Below are positions 55,761 to 64,000 of a stretch of 64,000 bases of DNA, piece by piece. Below the pieces are notes generated by a model. It had not been told where the DNA came from. It made no database searches and saw only the letters and a program-made list of their open reading frames with translations. Source of the stretch: Candidatus Cloacimonadota bacterium (GTDB lineage Bacteria > Cloacimonadota > Cloacimonadia > JGIOTU-2); assembly GCA_049903315.1 (NCBI GenBank), contig JBNGBT010000006.1, positions 88,920 through 152,919 of the forward strand, given 5' to 3'. The position numbers were made by a program, and so were the translations under genes. Within the stretch, counting starts at the first letter, position 1; every line of letters starts with the position of its first letter.

Positions 55761-55796
55761 AAGACCTTTGAGTTTTGCTCGAGGGTCTTTTTTTTG
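55761..55796 (+). terminator. Rho-independent terminator of the gld-like operon
   Basis: aagacctttgag-ttttg-ctcgagggtctt forms a 12-bp stem with two G-U pairs, followed by T8. Confidence 0.8.
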
Positions 55797-55859
55797 CCAC
55801 GAAGGCACGAAGACACAAAGCAAACTCAGCAATATAATCTTTGCCACGAAGACACAAAT
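55796..55859. repeat. Short direct repeats GCCACGAAG(GCACGAAG)ACACAAA
   Basis: gccacgaaggcacgaagacacaaag (55796-55820) and gccacgaagacacaaat (55843-55859). Confidence 0.6.
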
Positions 55860-55941
55860 AAATAAAAATTTCTCTGACTACTAAACAGGGGCTTGGTAAC
55901 GAGAATTGAGAGGGTATGACAAGATTGCGGGGAATTGGATG

Positions 55942-56277
55942 CTAAGAAAACAAAAACAAAATAACGCCAACTGCTCCACGGACTACACCGATAGATGCGA
56001 CAAATATGTAGAACCAGTTCGCATCAGGAAGATGCATATAGGTCAACACCATAATGATTGCGACTATGATACCTTCGTAGCTATTTGATTTTTGTAAAAG
56101 CGATTCTTCACGCTCATCTGGTTTATACTTTGCCTGCACAAGTATCAGGGCTATCAGGAAGGGAATAAAGCCGATTATGACACCGTAAATATCGTACTTC
56201 ACACACGCGAAATACGTAAGGATCCCGGAAAGGAACTGGATCACGAACATAAGAATGTAATTGCCTTTAATTTTCAT
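55942..56277 (-). CDS. Small membrane protein (3-4 TM), partner of the XRE regulator
   Basis: 111 aa and hydrophobic. Overlaps the upstream regulator gene by 11 nt. Confidence 0.5.
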   Translation of the reverse strand: MKIKGNYILMFVIQFLSGILTYFACVKYDIYGVIIGFIPFLIALILVQAKYKPDEREESLLQKSNSYEGIIVAIIMVLTYMHLPDANWFYIFVASIGVVRGAVGVILFLFS

Positions 56278-56485
56278 TGTTGTTCTCCTTATTTAGATAA
56301 AAAATTTCTTCGACAGTTGTGTTAAAAAATGCAGCAATTTTTAACGCCGAGTGCACTGAGGGAATAAATTTTCCCCTTTCGATTGAATGAATTGTCTGCC
56401 TGCTCAATTCAACCGATTTCCCGAGCTCGTCTTGAGTGATATCAAACTTAGCTCTCCAAACTTTCAAATGATTTCCGATTTTCAT
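56267..56485 (-). CDS. XRE-family HTH transcriptional regulator (72 aa)
   Basis: ITQDELGKSVELSRQTIHSIERGKFIPSVHSALKIAAFFNTTVEEIF. Confidence 0.8.
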   Translation of the reverse strand: MKIGNHLKVWRAKFDITQDELGKSVELSRQTIHSIERGKFIPSVHSALKIAAFFNTTVEEIFYLNKENNNEN

Positions 56486-56737
56486 TTTATCTCCTTGGTG
56501 TCAGATGAAAAGTCTACATGATATTATGTCAAGTATAATTTACAATTTATAATGTGTAACGTACCTCATCGTTCAAGATAGATGCGAATTATCTCTTCCT
56601 TCATTTGTGATTGAAGAACGGATTTTCGATATGGGATGATGCTGATTGGTCAAACTTCTTGACAGAACAATGAATAAAAAAAAGAGAAAATTGTAAGGAA
56701 GAAAATAAATAGTATCAGAGAATATTCTGTTAAGGAA

Positions 56738-57208
56738 ATGAACATGTTTAGAGAAATGAGAAGACAGGACAGGAAAATAAATACCAAAGAAGCCCAAAAG
56801 TTATTAACAAATGCTGAATATGGCATACTCTCAACTATCAATGCAGACGACTATCCATATGGAGTGCCGGTTCATTTTGTTTTCAAAAACGAAGCAATAT
56901 ACATTCACTGCGCAGCAGAAGGTCAAAAACTGGATAATATTACGAAAAATCCAAAAGTCTCATTTTGTGTGGTTGGTCAAACAGAAGTTGTACCAGATGA
57001 ATTTACTGCAAATTATACAAGTGTTATTTTATTTGGAAAAGCTGAATTGATAAAAGGTAACGAAAAGCATGATGCGCTGGTTTTGATACTGGAAAAATAT
57101 TCACCGGATTATATGCATAAGGGAGAAGAACTGATTGCGAAAGCAAAGGATGAAGTTGCAGTCATTAAAATTTCGATCGAGCATATGAGTGGAAAAGCAC
57201 GAAGGTAA
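56738..57208 (+). CDS. Pyridoxamine 5'-phosphate oxidase family (NimA-like) flavoprotein
   Basis: MRRQDRKINTKEAQKLLTNAEYGILSTINADDYPYGVPVHFVF pattern. Confidence 0.75.
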   Translation: MNMFREMRRQDRKINTKEAQKLLTNAEYGILSTINADDYPYGVPVHFVFKNEAIYIHCAAEGQKLDNITKNPKVSFCVVGQTEVVPDEFTANYTSVILFGKAELIKGNEKHDALVLILEKYSPDYMHKGEELIAKAKDEVAVIKISIEHMSGKARR

Positions 57209-57227
57209 ATGTAAGTAAATTTTTATA

Positions 57228-58115
57228 TCAAGGCGTTATAAGCTGTATCCTATGGGGTAAAATCTTCACATAGATGTTCTTTTTATCCTTGATAAGTGGT
57301 ATCTCACCATCAAGATAGAGCGGCAGGTCGCGCTGAGCTTCAATAAAAATTTCTTTACCCCTGTAGAGGTGAGCTGCAGAAAGTTCCGTATGCGTTCCCT
57401 TCACTGCTTTGGGAATGAACTTCAGTATTTTTCTTCGTGAGAGTTTATCAATTATACAAAAGTCGAATTCCTCATCATCTATCTTGGCATCGGGCGTGAG
57501 GTAAAATTGTCCGCCGCAGCAGATACCGTTTCCTACAGTAACAAAAAGTGCATCCTGCGTAAAAGTTTCACCATTTATGGTAAGTGTCACATAATAGCTG
57601 TCTTTTCTGATGAGGGCTTTCATCACGGCATACATGTAGCCTGGGAATCCGTTGAGCCATTTGTTTTTTATATAAGAGATCGCAACCTGTGCATCGAAAC
57701 CGACCCCGAGTGTATTAATGAAATAATAATCCTCCACCTGCCCGATATCGACACATTTTACATGATGATTCTTGATTACTTCTATGATGTCATGCAATTT
57801 ATGAGGGAGATCCAGGTTTTTTGCAAAATCATTTCCGCCGCCAATTGGGATAATGCCAAGATTCACATTTTCAGGATAGCCGGACTTCATAATGCCATTA
57901 ACCACTTCATTGATTGTGCCGTCGCCGCCAGCTGCAATAATATTTTCCACTCCCTGAACAACGGCTTCGTGTGCAAAATCTATTGCCTGTCGGGAGCAAT
58001 CCGTTAGTACCAGCTCGTAGGGCATATTGAATTTTTTGAAATAGTGCTCGATCGTGCGGACACTCTTGAATGCTTTTCCTTTTCCAGCAAATGGATTCAG
58101 TATTATTTTATACAT
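57228..58115 (-). CDS. Diacylglycerol/lipid kinase family protein (YegS/BmrU-like)
   Basis: AAGGDGTINEVVNG and NPFAGKGKA motifs. Confidence 0.85.
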   Translation of the reverse strand: MYKIILNPFAGKGKAFKSVRTIEHYFKKFNMPYELVLTDCSRQAIDFAHEAVVQGVENIIAAGGDGTINEVVNGIMKSGYPENVNLGIIPIGGGNDFAKNLDLPHKLHDIIEVIKNHHVKCVDIGQVEDYYFINTLGVGFDAQVAISYIKNKWLNGFPGYMYAVMKALIRKDSYYVTLTINGETFTQDALFVTVGNGICCGGQFYLTPDAKIDDEEFDFCIIDKLSRRKILKFIPKAVKGTHTELSAAHLYRGKEIFIEAQRDLPLYLDGEIPLIKDKKNIYVKILPHRIQLITP

Positions 58116-58171
58116 TATTATTCTCCATACAATACCATGTTTCGGAATTTGTTGAGATCAAACAAAAAAAA

Positions 58172-60781
58172 TTAAACCGTACGAGAATCGTGTATCAGTT
58201 CAGGAATTTTCTGGAAAAGAGTGTGTGCATTCTCGATGTCTTTTCCGCCAGCCATTGCCATGTCAGGTTTTCCGCCGCCTTTTCCGCCGATGAATGCTGC
58301 AGCGCGGTTTACGATCTTCCCTGCATGGAAACGCTTTGTCAGGTCTTCTGTGACAGTACAGATAAGTGAAATTTTATCATCAAAAATTGCTCCGAGTACA
58401 CCAATACCGGACCCGATTTTCTGTCTGAGCATATCCGCAGCTTCTTTAATCTGACGTATGTCTTTGACATCGAGCAAGCCTGAAACTACTGAGATGCCGT
58501 CAATTGTTTTTTTGCTGCTGATCAGTTGATCTATAATGTCTTTCAGGGATGCACGTTCAAGTTCTTCGATTTGTTTTCGTAGCTCTTTATTATCAGCGTG
58601 TAATTTATCGAGTTTTTCAGGAATATCTGAAACTTTCGTATTTAATTGCATTTGAAGCTGATGGAGGATGTGTTCGTGTTGTTTTACAAATTCATAAGCA
58701 TATAATCCTGTCACCGCTTCTATTCTGCGAACACCTGCAGCAATAGAGCTTTCAGAAATTATTTTGAAAAATCCGATGTCACCTGTTCTCTTGCAGTGAA
58801 GTCCACCGCAGAGTTCCATCGAGTAATCTCCAATTTCGATGACCCGCACTTTTTTCTCATACTTTTCACCAAAAAGAGCCATTGCGCCTTTTTTCCGGGC
58901 ATCCTCAAGGTTTTCGATGGAAGGACTCACCGGGATGTTCATTATAATCTTTTCATTGACAAGCAGTTCCACTTTATCAAGCTCATCCTGGGTAACCTGC
59001 TGGAAATGTGTGAAGTCGAAACGCAGTCTGTCCGGTGCTACATGCGAACCTTTTTGATGAAGATGGGTTCCCAATACTTGCCGAAGCGCAGCATGGAGAA
59101 GGTGGGATGCAGTGTGGTTTCGTGCAATATTATTTCTTCTTTCAAGATCGACTATTGCTTTGACATTTTTATCTTTGATCGCACCCTTGATCAGTTTGCC
59201 GAAGTGAAATATTACGTCATTCTGCTTTTGAACATCCTCAACTTCGATCTCAAATTCATTGTTGAATATTTTTCCCGTATCAGCGATCTCACCGCCGGAT
59301 TCAGCATAAAATGGAGTTGTATTTAAAACAAATACAACATTGTTTTCTTCATCGACATAATAATGTTCAATCACACAATTTGCGACATCTTGCTCATATC
59401 CGACAAATTCACTTTTATGCTCTGGAGGTATATCCAGTTTTGAGAATGTATCACTTTGCCGGTCGAATTTTGCATCGTCACGAGCCCGGTTTTTTTGAGC
59501 TTCCATCTCTTTTTCAAATCCCTTTTTATCGACCTCAAATCCTTTTTCCTCAGCCATGAGTTCCGTTAGATCAAGAGGGAAACCGTAAGTATCATAAAGC
59601 ATGAAAGCATTTTTACCGGAAATCACAGTACTCATTCCAAGGTGTTCTACAATATCATTGAATTTGCTGATGCCCATATCGAGTGTTTGATTGAAGCGCT
59701 CTTCTTCAGCATTGATAACCATCTGAATATGCATTTTCTTTTCTATGATCTCGGGATATTGATCTCCAAGAATACCGCATACAGTGTCCGCGAGTTCTGC
59801 AAGAAATGGCTTGTGTATATTGATGATCCTGCCAAAGCGAGTTGCTCTGCGCAGTATTCTCCTGATGACATAGCCCCTTCCTACATTGGATGGGAGTACG
59901 CCGTCTGCGATAGAGAAAGTCAATGCGCGGATATGGTCTGAGATAACGCGGAATGCATGTTTGTCATCTTCAAATTTGACCTGAGCAATTTTTTCAATAT
60001 GCCGGATTATCGGCATGAAGAGATCAGATTCATAATTGGAAGTTTTTCCTTGCAGTATAGCAACAAGACGTTCAAAACCTGCACCGGTATCCACATGTTT
60101 TTTGGGCAGGTCGATGAGTTCACCGTTGTCCAGTCTGTTAAATTGAATAAATACGAGATTCCATATTTCGACATAGCGACCGCAAGAGCCGTTCACCTCG
60201 CATTTGTGGTTTGGATCATCCTTTTGAGAACAGTGTTCGATACCTCTGTCATAATGGATTTCTGAGCACGGACCGCAGGGACCAGTGTCAGCCATCTCCC
60301 AGAAATTGTCTTTGTCACCAAATTTGAGTATTCGATCAGGTTCGATGTCTGTTTCTTTATTCCAGAGTTTAAAGGATTCATCATCTTCATAATGTACTGA
60401 TGCATAGAGTTTTTCTTTTGGGATTTTCCAGATGGATGTGACCAGTTCCCACGCCCAGAGAATAGCTTCTTTTTTATAATAGTCACCAAAAGACCAGTTA
60501 CCGAGCATTTCAAAGAAGGTGTGATGATATTCGTCTTTTCCCACTTCTTCGAGATCATTATGTTTGCCGCCGGCGCGGAGGCATTTCTGGCTGTCTACTG
60601 CACGTGTATAGTCTCGCGATCCGGTTCCGAGAAAGATGTCCTTGAACTGGTTCATTCCTGCATTGGTGAATAATAGTGAGGGATCGTTTATTGGTACAAG
60701 TGGAGCAGAAGGAACGATCTCGTGTTCTTTTGCTGCAAAGAATTCAATAAAACTTTTTCTGATCTGCGAACTCGTAAGCAT
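58172..60781 (-). CDS. alaS: Alanine--tRNA ligase
   Basis: FTNAGMNQFK, HHTFFEMLGNWSFGDYYK, the editing-domain HTASHLLH and a C-terminal DHHA1 region. 869 aa. Confidence 0.97.
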   Translation of the reverse strand: MLTSSQIRKSFIEFFAAKEHEIVPSAPLVPINDPSLLFTNAGMNQFKDIFLGTGSRDYTRAVDSQKCLRAGGKHNDLEEVGKDEYHHTFFEMLGNWSFGDYYKKEAILWAWELVTSIWKIPKEKLYASVHYEDDESFKLWNKETDIEPDRILKFGDKDNFWEMADTGPCGPCSEIHYDRGIEHCSQKDDPNHKCEVNGSCGRYVEIWNLVFIQFNRLDNGELIDLPKKHVDTGAGFERLVAILQGKTSNYESDLFMPIIRHIEKIAQVKFEDDKHAFRVISDHIRALTFSIADGVLPSNVGRGYVIRRILRRATRFGRIINIHKPFLAELADTVCGILGDQYPEIIEKKMHIQMVINAEEERFNQTLDMGISKFNDIVEHLGMSTVISGKNAFMLYDTYGFPLDLTELMAEEKGFEVDKKGFEKEMEAQKNRARDDAKFDRQSDTFSKLDIPPEHKSEFVGYEQDVANCVIEHYYVDEENNVVFVLNTTPFYAESGGEIADTGKIFNNEFEIEVEDVQKQNDVIFHFGKLIKGAIKDKNVKAIVDLERRNNIARNHTASHLLHAALRQVLGTHLHQKGSHVAPDRLRFDFTHFQQVTQDELDKVELLVNEKIIMNIPVSPSIENLEDARKKGAMALFGEKYEKKVRVIEIGDYSMELCGGLHCKRTGDIGFFKIISESSIAAGVRRIEAVTGLYAYEFVKQHEHILHQLQMQLNTKVSDIPEKLDKLHADNKELRKQIEELERASLKDIIDQLISSKKTIDGISVVSGLLDVKDIRQIKEAADMLRQKIGSGIGVLGAIFDDKISLICTVTEDLTKRFHAGKIVNRAAAFIGGKGGGKPDMAMAGGKDIENAHTLFQKIPELIHDSRTV

Positions 60782-60914
60782 GAAAATGATGTCCTTTTTG
60801 TGGTTAGAGAAAATTCGACACCTGCTCTGTCAAGAAAAATCAAGTAAGAGGGAACTTACCCCTCGATACATGAGCTTACAAATAAATCGTATTGGTAGAA
60901 GTAATTGATTGCTT

Positions 60915-63900
60915 CTATCTTAGTAAAATCATCTTCCGGGGCTCAAATTTTTCTGAATCTAATTTTAGAGTATAGAAATATATTCCATTCGAGACTTTTC
61001 TGTTTTGACTATCCAGTCCATCCCATTCGATATGGTTATCTCCTGCTTCAAAATTTTCTTTCTGTATAGTGGTTACGAGTTCACCTTTAATGTTGTATAT
61101 TTTGAGTGTTGCCAGAGTTGCCGGTCTTAGTAATGAGAAATTAATACGAGTTGAAGAATAGAATGGATTAGGGAAGTTTGAATGGAGAATTATTGGTTCA
61201 GTAATTTCATTTTGAGGTTCCTCTTCGTCTATTGCTACGTGGAAGTTTCCGACAGAAAAAGCAGGCTCCATTTTCCATATTGTTTTGTTTCCTGAATCAT
61301 CAATGAAAGATAATTTCAGGTCGATTGCTGTGCTGTCGTAATTCGTAAGAGCGGTTACATCAGCTTCATACAGCCAGCCGATCATGCTGTCCTGCACGAT
61401 CGGTGTTACAGGAATTTCCTGCCATATATCTGTTCCGTGTTCTTTATAATGAAGACGGGTTGAATCGAGAATCACTTCTTTATACGTAAAATGATATCTC
61501 AAATAAGGTCCAACAATTTTCCAGTCTATAACAGAAAATTGCAATAAGCAGTTTTCATTTGTGGAAAGCGTTTGCGTGATACATCCGTTATGATCGAACA
61601 ATTTATATGAAGTTAGTTGAGGTGGAGATGCGTCCACCTGACTCATGTCAAAGTAGAAGTCAGCTGTTGCAGTTCCTTTGTAATCAGCTATGTAGTAACT
61701 AGAGTCGATAGTTTCTAAGTTATAAATTTCATCATACAGATGCATATACTGAATCTTTTCCAATGCTTCGTTCAGAATTCCTGATGTGATGATACTCCCA
61801 TTTTGGTCATAAAGAAAGAATGGACTCTCATATGAATCTCTTATACGTATTTCGTCAAGTGATCCACAGAAGTTGCAATTTGGTGGATCATAGATTACCA
61901 TGTAATCGTCATTTTTGCTGAAATATAAATGTGGATATACTAAACCTTCCCCAAAGTGCAATGTGTCTTCATTAACAAGAATATAGGTTGATACATTTGG
62001 AATGAAACAGTAACTCGCAATGTTTTCATCTATTGAATATATTGGCAGTGTCTTGAACCACATTTTTGTATCATCGAATACATCATCATTTTCTTGTCCT
62101 GCGAGGAGAAATCCTGTTTTAATGTATTCGCATGTGCTTGCATTATAAAATAATGGGATGGACCATTTGTAATCGGAATTTGTTGTCACTTGTGTAATGG
62201 TTGAAGCCGCAAAGCTAGTCATTTCCATCATAAATTGAGGAAAAGCAAATTTATAGCCATTTCCAATGTTAACATAAGGTGAATGAATTCCTGGAGGGAA
62301 TGTTAGAGCAAGGTTTTTCATAAAGAAGTCAGATGGATTATTTGTGAGAGTTAAATCACCTGATATTCCTTGTAAAATTTCATGATTTACTATGTGACAA
62401 ATATGTTCATTATCTATATCGAACTGTGTTTCACCACAAATAAAAGTATAATCATCAGATATATCTGAAACATACCACGTATTTGGGGAATTAATAAAAC
62501 CAATTCCCAATAATATAAAACCTTCTGGTGGTATCATTTCGCGAAGACTCGTAGCATTATCAAGCGATGAAAGCAATCGATCCTGTTCATCTACAGCTGC
62601 TAATATAAATTCATGCTGGGCTTCATCAGAATGTATTTCAATATCTATATTTGATTGTATGCTCATGTCTTCATAGAAAACGAAGTACTGTCGATTATTC
62701 TTTTCAATAATTGAAATAAGATCATACACGCCAAATGGTGCTTCAAATTCATAACAATAATAACCCATATAAGTTGCATTAAATTGATCGATATATACAT
62801 GCTCGTTAAGTAGCATAAACTGAGATGAAGGACAATCAAATGTTAATCTTATAGTTGCCTGAACTACAAAAGACCAGGGTAGCTTGAGTTCTTGCTGAGT
62901 AGTATTTATGGATATAGTTCCGTCATGTGTGCAATGTAAAGAAGAAGGAGGGTCGATACATGAGTTATCAACTGTTAGATTTATGAGTGTTGTCATTGAG
63001 TCATTTGGAGCTAAGGAAAAATACTGTGGATTTGCCGACAGACTGATACCCGGTTTAATGCCGCCAAATAAAATCATAAAATCTTGGTTAATGTCAGAAT
63101 CGTTTATAATCTTTATGGTTTTTGTTTTAGTCCAGATGTTTTGCGAGAAATCATCAAGACCAAAGCTTGCACATGCAGGTATCGCGAAGATGTCGATCTC
63201 AGCAGCTTTTTTTGCATTTACTCTTCCGCATCCCTGTGCCATCACATGTTCGTTAAGATCTTTCGCAGAAAGCATTATTGCGGATTTTAATCTTTCAGGT
63301 CCCCAATCCGGATGAAGGGATTTTATGAGTGCGCAGACACCTGCGACATGGGGAGCCGACATCGAAGTTCCACTCTTATACGTGAATCCATTATTGAGTG
63401 CAAGTGAGTATATTTCCTCTCCCGGAGCAACCACTTCAGGTTTCATGTTCAAAATTTTTGTATTTGGTCCCTTTGAACTGAAATAACTAATTTCGTCACT
63501 TTTATTCGTAGAACCAACCGTGAGTGCTGTGCGTGCAGTTCCGGGGCTTCTAATGGTTTTCCATCCACCAGAATTCCCTGCCGATACACAGGAGATTACA
63601 CCCAGCGCTGTTGCATTATCGACAGTAATTGAAAGAGCATCATCAGGTTCGCCGCTCCCACCGAGACTCATATTTATGACGTCAACTTTATCTGAATAGT
63701 CACCATCCCAATTAGGATCGAGTGCTCTGTTGACTCCGTTAATTATTCTCCATTCAGTACCAGTACCCTCTTCATCTAAAACCTTGAAAGCCATAAGTAA
63801 TGAATGAGGAGCAACGCCTTTAAGCGAATAACCATCACCAGAAATAATACCTGCAACATGCGTTCCGTGACCATTATCATCCATTGGATCATTATCCATG

Positions 63901-64000
63901 TGTATGAAGTCATATCCGTCGATCACTTTGAAACCCGGCCCAAATGCGCGTCCAAGGTGGGGGTGCGTATAATCGATGCCTGTATCGAGTACTCCAACGA
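60915..64000 (-). CDS. S8 (subtilisin-like) serine peptidase with long uncharacterised middle region and T9SS C-terminal sorting domain; 5' end outside window
   Basis: The frame stays open upstream of the track start (an internal GTG at 63926) to the window edge. It reads VGVLDTGIDYTHPHLG (Asp), then HGTHVAG (His) and GTSMSAPHVAG (Ser). C-terminal NFPNPFYSSTRINFSL...LKIYNIKGELV...NGIYFYTL...RKMILLR. Confidence 0.9.
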   Translation of the reverse strand, partial: VGVLDTGIDYTHPHLGRAFGPGFKVIDGYDFIHMDNDPMDDNGHGTHVAGIISGDGYSLKGVAPHSLLMAFKVLDEEGTGTEWRIINGVNRALDPNWDGDYSDKVDVINMSLGGSGEPDDALSITVDNATALGVISCVSAGNSGGWKTIRSPGTARTALTVGSTNKSDEISYFSSKGPNTKILNMKPEVVAPGEEIYSLALNNGFTYKSGTSMSAPHVAGVCALIKSLHPDWGPERLKSAIMLSAKDLNEHVMAQGCGRVNAKKAAEIDIFAIPACASFGLDDFSQNIWTKTKTIKIINDSDINQDFMILFGGIKPGISLSANPQYFSLAPNDSMTTLINLTVDNSCIDPPSSLHCTHDGTISINTTQQELKLPWSFVVQATIRLTFDCPSSQFMLLNEHVYIDQFNATYMGYYCYEFEAPFGVYDLISIIEKNNRQYFVFYEDMSIQSNIDIEIHSDEAQHEFILAAVDEQDRLLSSLDNATSLREMIPPEGFILLGIGFINSPNTWYVSDISDDYTFICGETQFDIDNEHICHIVNHEILQGISGDLTLTNNPSDFFMKNLALTFPPGIHSPYVNIGNGYKFAFPQFMMEMTSFAASTITQVTTNSDYKWSIPLFYNASTCEYIKTGFLLAGQENDDVFDDTKMWFKTLPIYSIDENIASYCFIPNVSTYILVNEDTLHFGEGLVYPHLYFSKNDDYMVIYDPPNCNFCGSLDEIRIRDSYESPFFLYDQNGSIITSGILNEALEKIQYMHLYDEIYNLETIDSSYYIADYKGTATADFYFDMSQVDASPPQLTSYKLFDHNGCITQTLSTNENCLLQFSVIDWKIVGPYLRYHFTYKEVILDSTRLHYKEHGTDIWQEIPVTPIVQDSMIGWLYEADVTALTNYDSTAIDLKLSFIDDSGNKTIWKMEPAFSVGNFHVAIDEEEPQNEITEPIILHSNFPNPFYSSTRINFSLLRPATLATLKIYNIKGELVTTIQKENFEAGDNHIEWDGLDSQNRKVSNGIYFYTLKLDSEKFEPRKMILLR

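Noticed and set aside
56486-56737. Possible operator palindrome in the divergent XRE / PNPOx promoter region (tataatttacaatttataat)
   Set aside because: On checking, the sequence is not a true inverted repeat but only AT-rich direct word repetition. There is no support for a specific site.
1-64000. CRISPR arrays, rRNA genes, integrases or prophage blocks, and classical defence genes (large ATPases or nucleases)
   Set aside because: Reading through all intergenic regions longer than 100 bp showed no regularly spaced direct repeats and no rRNA-like conserved stretches. No ORF carries integrase, terminase, restriction or Cas motifs. The only mobile or addiction elements seen are the IS at 12.7 kb and the HigB/HigA-like pair.

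Overview
64-kb chromosomal segment from a low-GC (under 40% by eye) Gram-negative anaerobe of FCB-superphylum type. This is inferred from T9SS C-terminal sorting domains on four proteins plus one orphan remnant, a gldA/F/G-like ABC system, a FISUMP-domain lipoprotein, LolA/LptE-like genes, and rubrerythrin, desulfoferrodoxin and flavodiiron genes. No species can be assigned from the sequence alone. Coding density is high: about 60 CDS, one tRNA(CAU) and one IS element. I saw no rRNA, CRISPR array or prophage. Layout: (1) 0-7 kb mixed housekeeping (queH, acyl-CoA dehydrogenase, one T9SS cargo). (2) 7.2-12.6 kb + strand operon: APC antiporter, a 620-aa tyrosine-decarboxylase-like PLP enzyme, a DUF202 protein and an NCS2 permease. 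(3) 12.7-13.7 kb IS with perfect 26-bp inverted repeats and a transposase broken at an A8 run. (4) 13.8-25.1 kb tightly packed minus-strand glycan/lipid-decoration operon: ManC, a nucleotidyltransferase-aminotransferase fusion, sulfotransferase, GT-B, CDP-alcohol phosphotransferase, Wzx-like flippase, YfhO-like protein, GT2. (5) ychF-ftsK-lolA-like. (6) HigB-like toxin with a HigA antitoxin fused to an ImmA/IrrE metallopeptidase. (7) Surface proteins (TPR, FISUMP). (8) 33.9-41.1 kb 11-gene Fur/PerR-headed oxidative-stress island, including a 52-aa rubredoxin absent from the ORF track. (9) Housekeeping (rluB, uvrB, ruvB, alaS), two tandem SBBP beta-propeller T9SS paralogues, gldAFG plus DUF4340, and a large S8 protease running off the window end. 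Most worth a second look: the head-group activation module in the glycan operon, the HigB/HigA-M78 pair, the GC-mosaic 3' end of the FISUMP gene with an orphan T9SS tail, the conserved-tetraloop hairpin repeat family, and the composition of the oxidative-stress island. All family calls come from motif recognition by eye; no searches were run. Hand-derived coordinates of small features may be off by 1-2 nt.
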